From positions 40,052,001 to 40,116,000 of the forward strand of contig OX597840.1 in NCBI GenBank assembly GCA_951406725.2: a stretch of DNA of 64,000 bases, in the 5' to 3' direction. Source of the stretch: Octopus vulgaris. Lineage: Eukaryota. Below are positions 1-11,312 of this stretch, in pieces. Made by a program: the position numbers and the translations under genes. How positions within the stretch are numbered: position 1 is the first letter of the stretch; every line of letters starts with the position of its first letter. The notes under the pieces were generated by a model that was not told the DNA's origin, did no database searches, and saw only the letters and a program-made list of their open reading frames with translations.

Positions 1-50
1 ATCATCATCATCTTCATCATCATCATCTTCATCATCATCATCATCATCTC

Positions 51-86
<36 letters not shown>

Positions 87-91
87 CATTA

Positions 92-123
<32 letters not shown>

Positions 124-157
124 GTCGTTGTTCTTGTTATTGTTGTTCTTTTTGTTG

Positions 158-213
<56 letters not shown>

Positions 214-215
214 AT

Positions 216-246
<31 letters not shown>

Positions 247-291
247 TTATTATTATTGTCGTTGTTCTTGTTATTGTTGTTCTTTTTGTTG

Positions 292-329
<38 letters not shown>

Positions 330-382
330 AATATTATTATTATTATTATTATTTTATTATTATTATTATTATTATTATTATC
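1..382. repeat. (ATC)n/(ATT)n microsatellite with an internal ~135-bp duplication
   Basis: Direct read. The interrupting block ttgtcgttgttcttgttattgttgttctttttgttgttg occurs at ~122 and ~256. Confidence 0.95.
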
Positions 383-465
383 ATGCTTGTTGTTCTGAAA
401 ACTTTCAACGCCTCAATACCTTGAGGGTGAAACTCCAAATTCATTAATTAAATTATATATTGCAA

Positions 466-524
<59 letters not shown>

Positions 525-786
525 TTGTATTTTATTATTTTATTGAAAAAAAAATTAGTGTATAACACAAACAGTCCTCAGACATAACTGTGTGCATACG
601 CGAAGAGACACACAAGGAAACATATAGGCATACATCGACATACATGTGCGTATGTGTACGTGTGTCTGTGTGTCTATGTGTTGCGGTTATAGTATGGTCT
701 CTGTAATACTTCAATTATTTGTTAGTTTTTCTTCAGTTTCATTTGTCGCTCAATGATAAAGTTAGCAGCAGTGAAAACCACAGCAT

Positions 787-831
<45 letters not shown>

Positions 832-832
832 T

Positions 833-874
<42 letters not shown>

Positions 875-944
875 AATAATAATAGTAATAATAATAATAA
901 TAATAATAGTAATAATAATAATAATAATAATAATAGTAATAGTA

Positions 945-975
<31 letters not shown>

Positions 976-1094
976 TAGTAATAATAATAATAATGATGAT
1001 AATAATAATAGTAATAATAATAACAACAACAACAACAAAAACAACAACAACAATAATAATAATAATAATAATAATAATGATGATGATGATGATG

Positions 1095-1159
<65 letters not shown>

Positions 1160-1186
1160 TATAATAATAATTATAATAATAATTAC

Positions 1187-1245
<59 letters not shown>

Positions 1246-1293
1246 TAAAAAAATAATGATGACAATAATGATAATAATGATAATAATAATAAT
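787..1293. repeat. (AAT)n/(AAC)n/(GAT)n compound microsatellite
   Basis: Direct read. It accounts for the poly-N/I/L/Y ORFs at 719-1487. Confidence 0.95.
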
Positions 1294-1311
1294 ATCAAAA
1301 ATAAGATCAGA

Positions 1312-1914
1312 ATCAAAACTGCTGAGAAATGGTACAAGCACCACCCTGGGGCTGTAACTGAGAGAGAAAATGTAACTATTCTTTGGGACTTCCCAGTATG
1401 TACAGATCTTCCCATCAAGGCAAATAAACCAGATATTGTTATGAAAGACAAAAGTGATAAAGTCTTTTTATTGATTGACATGGGCATACCCTGTGACCAT
1501 GATATCTCGGCAATAGAATTTGATATGTTCAGATAATAGAAAGATATGCTAATCGAAGTCGAAAAGATGTGGCATCTGCAGACGGTTACAATGCCAATGA
1601 TCGCAGAAGCACTTGGAATGGTAAAAAAAGGTACTGAAAATTATTTAAGAATGATTCCTGGCTTACCGTCCATGGAGGAAGTGCAAAAGATTGTCTTAAC
1701 ATATTTTATTTGTTTTACTTTTCTATTTTTTATTTTGTCCTTTTTCTCTCTGTCTTCCTCTTTTACTCTGTCACGTGACTCTGTAAATGAACAATTTGGT
1801 GCACTTGTTTTTAATGGCCTACCAACCAATGAATAGAGTACGTTTCTCTGCCCTAGGTGTCAGAAGGACACTCGGAAAGAAATGAAAACGCAATTGAAAG
1901 TAGATGCTAATGAA

Positions 1915-1915
<1 letters not shown>
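1312..1915 (+). mobile_element. Decayed 3' end of an R4/Dong-clade non-LTR retrotransposon (restriction-like PD-(D/E)xK endonuclease plus probable 3' UTR)
   Basis: The frame from 1321 reads AEKWYKHHPGAVTERENVTILWDFPVCTDLPIKANKPDIVMKDKSDKVFLLIDMGIPCDHDISAIEFDMFR**KDMLIEVEKMW...PMIAEALGMV. This matches the R4/Dong RLE pattern W..H.P..V.E....ILWD....TD..I.AN(R/K)PDIV..DK...ID...P.D...E...KY. In-frame stops at 1534-1539. Flanked on both sides by (AAT)n. Confidence 0.85.
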
Positions 1916-1995
<80 letters not shown>

Positions 1996-2513
1996 TTCTG
2001 ATCTTAACTGATAGGAAGTGTTATCATGTACATTGTTTTGTCTGGGTATAAAAGATGGGCTACAGCAAATATTCTGCTCAATACCACAGATTTGCTTGTC
2101 AGTTGTTTGACTTTAACCAGTTGAGCATGTCCCTTAGTGACTGACGATATGTGCATCTCTGATCACGAGCAGAAGTAGTGGGGGGAGCATCATAGCCATG
2201 TGTTGAGAGGGATTCCTTGGTTTGAATAATTCACCTCTGGAGACATGGGTGGTTCTTTCAACATCCTTAAACAACCCTTATTCAGGGACCTTTTGAGCGG
2301 GATGGGCTACTCAACCTGAAGAAAATTCTAACTGGGCCCCACCTGCAAGGTCATGTGCTGTTTATCTTGATATGAGATCACCATGTCGCGCACATATGGT
2401 TGTGATGCATGTGCCTGGTGTACCTTTATCAGACGGGTAGTCATGATGGGTATATTGGGCTTCGTATATTTTACCCCAGTGTCACTTGGATGGCATGCAC
2501 TGCTCTCTCACTC
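1996..2513 (+). mobile_element. Non-coding ~520-bp element between (AAT)n tracts, probably a retroelement 3' UTR or non-autonomous element
   Basis: Complex sequence with sharp boundaries, ending ...gcactgctctctcactc followed directly by (AAT)n. No credible ORF. Family assignment is inference. Confidence 0.5.
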
Positions 2514-2565
2514 AATAATAATAATAATAATAATAATAATAATTACAATAAAAATTTAAATAATG

Positions 2566-2636
<71 letters not shown>

Positions 2637-2661
2637 TACAATAAAAATAAAAATAATGATG

Positions 2662-2747
<86 letters not shown>

Positions 2748-2794
2748 TACAATAAAAATAATATTTACAATAATAATAATAATAATAATAATAA
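2514..2794. repeat. (AAT)n microsatellite with a recurring tacaataaaaat interruption
   Basis: Direct read. The interruption recurs three times (~2545, ~2637, ~2748). Confidence 0.9.
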
Positions 2795-2820
2795 CCTTAG
2801 GGTTCGAAATTTCCCCCAAA

Positions 2821-2861
2821 ACACCTGAAGAAATCTGGAATCGTATATCAGCCGAAACGTT
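2821..2861 (+). ncRNA. Degenerate hammerhead ribozyme relic
   Basis: acac-CTGAAGA-...ctg...cagcc-GAA-ACGT-T. Core boxes and a palindromic stem III are present, but the 3' strand of stem I is missing and stem II is weak. Confidence 0.4.
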
Positions 2862-2996
2862 AACAACAAACAAAATGTCGACAAATATCCGTCAAATGTA
2901 AATAATATAAATATTGTAAATAATTTACTCTTTTACCCCCACTTTGAAATAAGAAAGTAAAAATTCAATAATGTTGATATAGTTCAATCTTTGAGA

Positions 2997-3680
2997 TAGG
3001 CGCAGACATGGCTGTGTCACGAGGAAGCTCGCTTTTCAAACTCCTTGTTTTGGGGTTCCATCCCACGGCGCAGCACCTTTGGCAATTGTCTTTTATGTCA
3101 TCACTAGAACAACCAATGCCTTGTGGGTGAATTTAGAAGACGGCAGCTGTGTTGAAGTCGGCCATATATTTACTTGTGAGTGTGTGAATGTATGTGTGTA
3201 TTTATGTTTGGGGTTGTGGCTGTCTTTGTCCATATGGAAGCACTCCGTCGGTTACGACGATGAGGGTTCTGGTTGATCCGAATCAACGGAACAGCCTGCT
3301 CGTGAAATTAACGTGTAAGTGGCTGAGCACTCCACAGACACGTGTACACTTAACGTAGTTCTCGGGGATATTCAGCGTGACACAGAGAGTGACAAGGCCG
3401 GCCCTTTGAAATACAGGTACAACAGAAACAGGAAGAAATAGTGAGAGAAAGTTGTGGTGAAAGAGTACAGCAGGGATCACCACCATCCCCTGCCGAAGCC
3501 TCGCGGAGCTTTTAGGTGTTTTCGCTCAATAAACACTCACAACGCCCGGTCTGGGAATCGAAACCGCGATCCTATGACCGCGAGTCCGCTGCCCTAACCA
3601 CTGGGCCATTGCGCCTCCACCTTTGTCCATCATCGCTTGACGAACATTCTTCGTTAGTTTACGCCCACGTAACTTAGTGT
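2997..3680 (+). mobile_element. SINE family A, diverged copy, interrupted by a family B SINE
   Basis: Head taggcgcagacatggctgtg...gggttcca...ttggcaa, then an internal (TG)n. Resumes after 3630 with catcgcttgac...gtaacttag. Confidence 0.75.
3234..3620 (-). mobile_element. SINE family B (tRNA-Arg-like head, resembling octopus OR-type SINEs), tail type 1
   Basis: Minus strand reads ggaggcgcaatggcccagtggttagggcagcggactcgcggtcataggatcgcggtttcgattccc (A/B boxes). 10-bp TSD ctttgtccat at 3224-3233 and 3621-3630. Confidence 0.9.
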
Positions 3681-3699
3681 CTGTATGTGTGTGTGTGAG

Positions 3700-3938
3700 T
3701 ATTATCTTTTACTTGTTTCTGTCGCTAGTTCGCGGCCAGGCTGGGATTAATCTTCTCGTTTATTTTTTTTTGTCAAACGAATCGACCGGAGTGATACGCT
3801 ACTTTTCTCTCCAGTGTCTTTTGCCGAATCCCAAGATTACAGGGACGTAAAGACACCGATAACAGTTCTTCCAAGATGGCGGGGAATAAATACAAACACA
3901 AAGAATTAACATACATACAGATATGTATTTTACCTTGC

Positions 3939-3992
<54 letters not shown>

Positions 3993-4035
3993 GTGTATAC
4001 GATGGCATCTTTCTCTTTTTGTCTACCAAATCCTC
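3700..4035 (-). mobile_element. SINE family A, diverged 3' half
   Basis: Reverse complement of the family A tail (ttttacttgtttc...gcggcc; ttttgccgaa; gggacgtaaagacacc) with internal (TG)n. Confidence 0.7.
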
Positions 4036-4130
4036 CCTAAATGCATTATAGATATGTATATATATATACTTGCATATATACATATGTATATATATAATCA
4101 AAAATAAGCAGCAAGAATGACTCTGGTAAT

Positions 4131-4216
4131 TTGGTACAATTGTTTCGCACTACATCATTTTATTAAAAGTTGTAAGGATTACAGCAGGTTTAAGATGCTG
4201 AGTGGTCATCAGCCAA
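4131..4216 (-). ncRNA. Type I hammerhead ribozyme (canonical CUGAUGA core) in a TA-flanked island
   Basis: Minus strand: UUGG-CUGAUGA-[cCACU..CAUC loop GAUG.AGUGc]-GAA-ACAA/UUGU-A-CCAA. Stem I is UUGG/CCAA, stem III is palindromic, and the cleavage triplet is GUA. The first stem II pair is a C-C mismatch. Confidence 0.75.
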
Positions 4217-4413
4217 TTATATAGGTTTTCCAATAATACAAAGGCTTTCAAATCAAGTAGTAACATTATAGAGAAGGTATATATATACGTATGTATCTCT
4301 CTCTATATATATACATATATATATGCATATATATATACCTGCATATATACATATATATTTATATATCTACATGCATATATATATACCTGGATACCTGCAT
4401 ATATACATACATA

Positions 4414-4480
<67 letters not shown>

Positions 4481-5309
4481 GGAGAAAGAGAGCGAGATAG
4501 AGAGTGAGAGTCTGGGCTATAAAAGAAGGTAGTCGCCCAAGGTACCACACAGTGGGACTGAACTCAGAAACACCTAGTTGCCAGGCGAGCTACATACGCG
4601 CCTCGGTGTGTGCATGCGCGAGGTTGTCTTGTGTGTTTGCGTATTTATTAGTGTGCAGAGAACATCATATAGATTACTCCCTATTTGGACAAAATTTGCT
4701 GGAATGAAAACCTAAAGAGTAAACCCAATATTTTATCGTTTATAATTTGTGGATTAATACAGTGCCAAAGTAAACAGCGTAATAACTTTATAATTTTTGG
4801 TTAGTTGTAATTTAATTTGCGAATTAATCAAACTGTTAAAAACGGTTCCCCTTGATGATCAATGCAATTACGAAATAGATTGCGTCTCTTTGATCCCTGC
4901 TAATATGAGTTTGTTGACTCAACAATACAGCAACTTTTTGGAAAGAGGTCAATACCAATATCCTTCAGTTTCCAGGAATAATGACAGCGAGATGTGGGTG
5001 TAATTAAATTGCCAGCACGTTAGGAGCCAGTATGGTGTGCAAGTCGGATCAGGGGATTAAGCGTTCTCGTAGAGATTCTTGCAGTTTGTGTTCGGTAAAT
5101 GCTGAAGAGGTATTGTTCGTCATTTTTACGAAGGCACAGGTGTGGCTATGTCGTTGAACAAACACACCGTATCTTGGGTTCAGTTCCGCTACGTGGCACC
5201 TTGAACTAGCGTCCTCCACAATAGTCCCCCGGAACGAACAGGTTCTTCATGAGAGTGGATTTCGTACACGGTAATTCAAACCTGTACTCTGTCTGTCTGT
5301 CTATGTATC

Positions 5310-5625
5310 TATGTATATATATATTGGTAAAAACGGTAAGATAACAAAAGAAAGAAAGATACCTCAATATTATGTAAATAGAGGAAATTTATCTGTAAAA
5401 TGATATGTGACCAATAGCCAAGATAAAACTCTGATGCCGAAGTGGATTGTTTGCGTCCCTGTAACTTAGTGGCTCGGCAAATGAGAACCGACAGAATAAC
5501 TACCATGCTATAATATTACTGATTAATATAGATAACTGAAGAGATGGTGTTGTGGATTTCCACTTTGGCATCCGAAACTCAGAGTTTTATCTTGGTTATT
5601 GAATAATGGTAACATTAATTTACAA
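5310..5625. mobile_element. Penelope-like relic, same family as 56461-56725; centre replaced by a SINE A fragment
   Basis: tatattggtaaaaacggtaagataacaaaagaaagaaaga.acctcaatattatgtaaatagaggaaatttatct is shared with 56461. Inverted arms ccaagataaaactctga / tcagagttttatcttgg. Confidence 0.7.
5531..5591 (+). ncRNA. Type I hammerhead ribozyme
   Basis: GAUAA-CUGAAGA-[GAUG...CAUC]c-GAA-ACUC-a-GAGU-U-UUAUC. Stem I has 5 bp, stem III has 4 bp with a 1-nt loop, the triplet is GUU, and there is one extra nt before GAAA. Confidence 0.7.
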
Positions 5626-5627
5626 AT

Positions 5628-5710
<83 letters not shown>
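5628..5710. repeat. (TAGA)n microsatellite
   Basis: Direct read. Confidence 0.95.
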
Positions 5711-5999
5711 TACTTTAAAAGCAGCAGAAATATAACAAAAGCTGTTACTCAGAGTTTCACGTTCCCATTCGTTTGACAGTTTTGTTAAAATAGAACAGAA
5801 ATAACGATATGATGAAAACTAGTTGAAGGATTCACCTTTAAAAATGGATTTGTCCTTTCAGTTAACAGTCTTAAGCATGCAATAAACAAAATAAATGAAT
5901 TCAATATAAATTCATCCTATTATAAAGCATATTACTCTACCTCTGGTGTTTCAGTTCTCTTTTTCCACGTTGTTTCACATTTATGTTCTTACTTCGGTG

Positions 6000-6000
<1 letters not shown>
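5711..6000. mobile_element. Penelope-like relic, same family as 36271-36510; hammerhead core mutated
   Basis: tttaaaagcagcagaaa...aacaaaagctgttactc.gagtttcacgttccc and aaagcatattactctacc.ctggt match the 36.3-kb copy. The minus-strand core reads CAAACGA instead of CCGACGA. Confidence 0.75.
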
Positions 6001-6093
<93 letters not shown>

Positions 6094-6180
6094 AAGTTAA
6101 TCCAAACAAGAAAGCACAAAAAAAACACAACGCGAGGACGTGGAACAAATATAATAGCATTGGACGCTCAGGATAGGAGG

Positions 6181-6215
6181 GTTTAACGTTTCGAGCGGAG
6201 CTCTTCGTCGGAAAC
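6181..6215 (-). ncRNA. Minimal type I hammerhead ribozyme (CCGACGA core) in TA-flanked island 6092-6230
   Basis: Minus strand: GUUU-CCGACGA-a-GAGC-ucc-GCUC-GAA-AC/GU-U-AAAC. 35 nt with a loopless palindromic stem III (ACGU). Confidence 0.7.
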
Positions 6216-6256
6216 ATAGGAGAAGGAAATATATATATATGTTTGTGTGTGTGTGC

Positions 6257-6316
<60 letters not shown>

Positions 6317-6458
6317 ATATAAAGGAATAATCGATTATTTTCTGAAAGCTTGTTCTGCAAAACGGCACAGTGGATTCATACTTAAGTGTCTGATTAGCAC
6401 TTTGAATATGAAATGCAATTTATTTGAGAGAAGAATTACCATTATGCTTACATATAAG

Positions 6459-6713
6459 GGTGGAGGCGCGTGGCTTAGTGGTTAGGGTGTCAGCACCATG
6501 ATCGTAAGATTGTGCTTTCGATTCTTGGACCGAGCGACGCGTTGTGTTCCTGGGCAAAACACTTCATTTCACGTTACTCTAGTCCACTCGGCTGGCAAAA
6601 ATGAGTATCGCTGAGATGGACTGGCGCCCCGTCCAGCTGGGGAAAACATACGCCATAGAAACCGTGAAACTGGTCCCATGTGCCTGGCTAGGCTTTAAAA
6701 AGGGCGCATTGAA
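6459..6713 (+). mobile_element. SINE family B variant (head type 2, tail type 2)
   Basis: Head ggaggcgcgtggcttagtggttagg...ttcgattc and tail gatggactggcgccccgtccagctgggg...ggctaggctttaaaaagggcgc. 11-bp TSD ttacatataag at 6448-6458 and 6714-6724. Confidence 0.85.
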
Positions 6714-7193
6714 TTACATATAAGAAAAAGCATTGTAAATAAGAAGGCAAAAAGGGGATGAAATTCAAGGGCCCCTCCAGTAAATAAGATTAATCTATTG
6801 GTGGACAAAATTTCCTTTTTTGTGTATTAAAGCTACCATTGGTTTCATGTTAGGGAAAGTATCTAATATCTTAACAATTCTTCAAGCCGATCACATGCAA
6901 GAATTGTGCTCGCCTCCATTTTATGGGAGATGCGTTCTCGTTATATTTGTCTCACTGCGAGACAACCAGTGCTGGATTGCTTGCGTGCCTGTAACTTAGT
7001 GGCTCGGCAAATGGGGCCCGACAGAATAAGTACCGTGCTTTAAAATTAATGATTAATATAGGTGAAATTATTCGACTGAAACCCTTGAAAAGCGTTGCCC
7101 CAGCATGGCCGCAATCCAATGACAGAACACATATAAAAGCGATAAAGCTGAAAAGTCTTTTACGAGACAAATGATATGAAGAGTGCAGTGTCT

Positions 7194-7239
<46 letters not shown>

Positions 7240-7547
7240 TAAATATACATGCATATATACAATCATTTCTTTCCGTTTGCTTTTGTATTTCCTGAGTGTT
7301 TCTGTCGCTTTCGTTGGATATTTGATCTGAAGAATTATTTCTATTCTGGTCCCGTCTGTTGTCGTTTCCCAATTGTTGATTTTGGATAATAGACTGAGGA
7401 ATGAAATATTTCTGTGTCAGACAATCATGTATGCAAAGCAACTTTTCTAAATATTCTGTTTCGTACATATATAATGTTTCATTATTCGCTATTATATCAT
7501 ATTACATTATATTATATTGTAATATATTCTTTATACATACAATATGA

Positions 7548-7721
7548 AGTGGCAGTGTGGTAAGTAGCTTGCTTACCAACCACATGCTTCCGGGTTCAGT
7601 TCCACTGTGTGGCACCTTGGTCAAGTGTCTTCCACAATAGCCTCGGGACAAACAAAGCCTCGTGAGTGGATTTGGTCGACAGAAACTGAAGGAAGCCCGT
7701 CGTATATATATATATATATAT

Positions 7722-7762
<41 letters not shown>

Positions 7763-7763
7763 C

Positions 7764-7813
<50 letters not shown>

Positions 7814-8035
7814 TCCTATATGTTCGTGTGTCTGTGTTTCTCCTTCCACACCAACATCGCTTGAGAACCGATGCTGGTGTGTTTACCTCCTCGTAACTTA
7901 GCGGTTCAGCAAAAGAGAACCGATAGAATAAGCATTAGGCTTACAAAGAATAAGTCCTGGGGTCGATTTGCTCGACTAAAAGCGGTGCTCCAAAATGGCC
8001 GCAGTCAAGTGACTGAAACAAATAAAAGAATAAAA
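7548..8035 (+). mobile_element. SINE family A, full length, with expanded internal (TA)n
   Basis: Head gtgtggtaagtagcttgcttaccaaccacatg...gggttcagttccactg. Tail gcggtgctccaaaatggccgcagtcaagtgactgaaac. Confidence 0.9.
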
Positions 8036-8157
8036 TAATATATATACATATATATATGTATATATATATATTGTGTGTGTGTGTGTTTGTGTGTGTTTGT
8101 GAGTGTGTGCATGTACGCATGCATGTATTTATGTATGTGTGTATGTATACACATATT

Positions 8158-8390
8158 CTTATATTCTTTTACTTTTTTCAGTCATTTGACTTCGGCCATG
8201 CTGGAGCACCGCCTTTAGTCGAATAAATCGACCCCGGAACTTATTAGTTGTAAGCTTAGAAGTTATTCTATTGGTCTCTTTTGCCGAATTGCTATGTTGC
8301 GGGGTCGTAAACACACCACAATCGGTTGTAAAGCTATGATGCGGGACAAACACAGACAGACGTACAAACAGACGAACACACACACACACA

Positions 8391-8477
<87 letters not shown>

Positions 8478-8625
8478 GACGGGTTTGTTTAAGTTTCCCG
8501 CTACCAAATCCATTCACGTGCCTTTGGTCGGCCCGAGATTATAGTTGAAGACACTTGCCCAAGGTGCCACGCAGCGGGACTGAAACATGTGTTTGGAAAC
8601 ATGCCCCTGACTACACAGCTACTAT
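8158..8625 (-). mobile_element. SINE family A, near full length
   Basis: Reverse complement of the family A tail and head, with internal (TA)n. Confidence 0.88.
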
Positions 8626-9027
8626 ACTCCTATATACATATATATATATATATGTAAGCATGTCTGTGTGTCGAGTGTGTGTGCGCATGTGTGTGTACCG
8701 CGTATACACATATACATACACAGATATAGACATAGTAAGTATGTACATGCATCTACATGTGCATATAGATAGATAGATAGAGAGAGATGTATGTCTGTGC
8801 GTGTGTGTGTATTCAGCCCTGATTGTTCAGCGACACCCTATCTATCAATGGCCATCACATCGATAAGTACATTTACGTATTAACCTGTATTTATTTACCT
8901 AAATCTGTCTTTGTTCCCTGTCTTATATCTCTAAGATTATAATTAGAACGCCTAATTATCAATATTTATATTGGAATAAAGTGTGGCGTTAACGATACTT
9001 GTTACAAATGGCAATTACATATTATGC

Positions 9028-9065
<38 letters not shown>

Positions 9066-9466
9066 CATACATACATACATACATACATACATACATACAT
9101 AGATATATTACATACATCACTTTGTTCCGCATAGTCACACGGATACACACCCACGTACATGGAGAGAGTCTTTGAGAGAAGGCCAGAGAATGGAAGATAT
9201 ATATATGTATATATATGGAGAGAGAGAGGGGGAGTGGAGTAGAAAGAGGAAGTGAGAGATAAAAGAGCGCCATACATATGTATATTTATATGTATGTATG
9301 TGTATATATATAGAGAGAATATACATACATATATATATGTATATATATATACAGAGAGAGAGAGAGAGAAAGATAGAGAGCGAAAGTGACAGATGAAAGA
9401 AGAACGTACTTCATAAATGCATAATATATACATTCATAGCATGTGTGTATGTGTGTGTGTATATAC

Positions 9467-9513
<47 letters not shown>

Positions 9514-9516
9514 TAA

Positions 9517-9619
<103 letters not shown>

Positions 9620-10684
9620 CATACATACATACATATATTAATAGGATACCTCACTAAGATTAAGTGCGCCTATTATCAAAATGACGAACTTAAATATTCG
9701 ACACACGAGATTATTAATTCTTGTTGAATGTCTTGGAAGCGTTCCTAACTATTATCGGCATCTATTAAAACTTCGATCGACCGTAATTCTTTATTCTTCG
9801 CCAGGTAGATTTCGATTCGTATGATTAACTGCGAAATTGAGCGTACAAAGTACTAATTAATTTCTTAGTAATACTTTAGAGTTGTGTCTCATTAAGGTTA
9901 AGCTTCAAATGGTAGCAGCGTATTCCTTCTCGAAATTTCGACAGAAATATAATTATGTATCTGTGTATTAATGAAAGTATATAAAACTGGCATATTACCA
10001 ATAATATTGGTGCTTAATAACATCGGCATTTTCCTTTCATTAGCACATTACAAAAATATTGGTCGGTCTACATATTAAATTATTATCTTTAATAGAATCT
10101 GAAAACAATGCATTAGAAATTTTGTCTTACAACAATGGGAAGGTGTTTGCACTGGCTTGTAGTTCGAAACGCTTCTTAATATGTTTGGCAATTTTTCCAA
10201 GTCCTGTGTGTCGTGTTTCTATTTTTAATTGAAAGCCAACACGAAAAATCTCACAGCTTAGATACCTCAGTGTTTAATTATGAAACCCACGGGAGTTTAG
10301 TCAGCCAAAAATCTAAACCACAATTTAGAGAATGGTGGAGTGGTTTGTCCTGGGAATGAAAATGGCTCCTTTAACCTTTTCAGTTATGAGAGGAGCTGCC
10401 AGGAGTGAACGCAAAATTTCATTAAGCTTTTGTGGTAGAAGATTAAAATAATGCGTGTTCGTGTGAGTGTTAAATCTTCACGAATCTTTATTTAGTCTCC
10501 TGCCATTGAGAAAATCTTTGTGTTATATGTCGTTGAAATTTTCTTTACGAACGGCAGGAGTTCTAATACAGCTTGGGTCGAGTGTTTCTTTTATATTTCT
10601 TGAGAAGATAAAAGAAAAGTCCAGTCATAGGCTGCCTACCGATTGATCTATTCAGCTATCAACACTTGACCTTATTTTATTTAG

Positions 10685-10852
10685 AGTCGCAGGTATGGCT
10701 GTGTGATTAAGAAGGTCGCCTTGTAACCAAGTGAGTTTGGGTTCAGTCCCATAGCGCGGCAACATGTACGTGTGTCTCCTACTATAGCCCCAGGCCGACG
10801 AATAGGTTCTGAGAGAATTTGCAAAGCATAAACTGTGAAGAGGCTAGTCGTA
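10685..10852 (+). mobile_element. SINE family A head, diverged
   Basis: gtcgcaggtatggctgtgtgattaagaag...gggttcagtccc...actatagccccaggccgac, running into (TAGA/CAGA/TACA)n. Confidence 0.7.
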
Positions 10853-11312
10853 TAGATATTAATATAGGTAGATAGATAGACAGACAGAAAGACAGACAGA
10901 TAGAGAGATAGACAGATAGAGAGATAGAGAGATAGACAGACAGACAGACAGATAGACAGACAGACAGACAGACAGACAGCAAGCAGAAAGACAGACAGAC
11001 AGCAGGCAGACAGGCAGACAGATACATACATACATACATACATACATACATACATACATACATACATACATACATAGATAGATAGATAGATAGATAGATA
11101 AATAGATAAAACTAGGATAAACACTATTATATAAGATAAACTTGTGTTTACCTTTATTTCTCTTGTATTTGCTGTGTAACTCACAACTAGTAACACTAAT
11201 CACTATGGACGTTACTTAACAACTAAACAGAAAGGAGACTGATGATAATCTACATGGAGCTCTACACATAACTGGCATCTATTTATGTGCGCAATATCTA
11301 CTATATCTACTA

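Noticed and set aside
3540-3620. tRNA-Arg-like gene (also 11960, 28090, 63800)
   Set aside because: These are SINE heads: A/B boxes without a proper acceptor stem, continuing into SINE bodies, with TSDs visible on two copies.
7160-7468. Polar ORF MYETEYLEKLL...
   Set aside because: No recognisable motif, and it is embedded between TA tracts. More likely a TE fragment.
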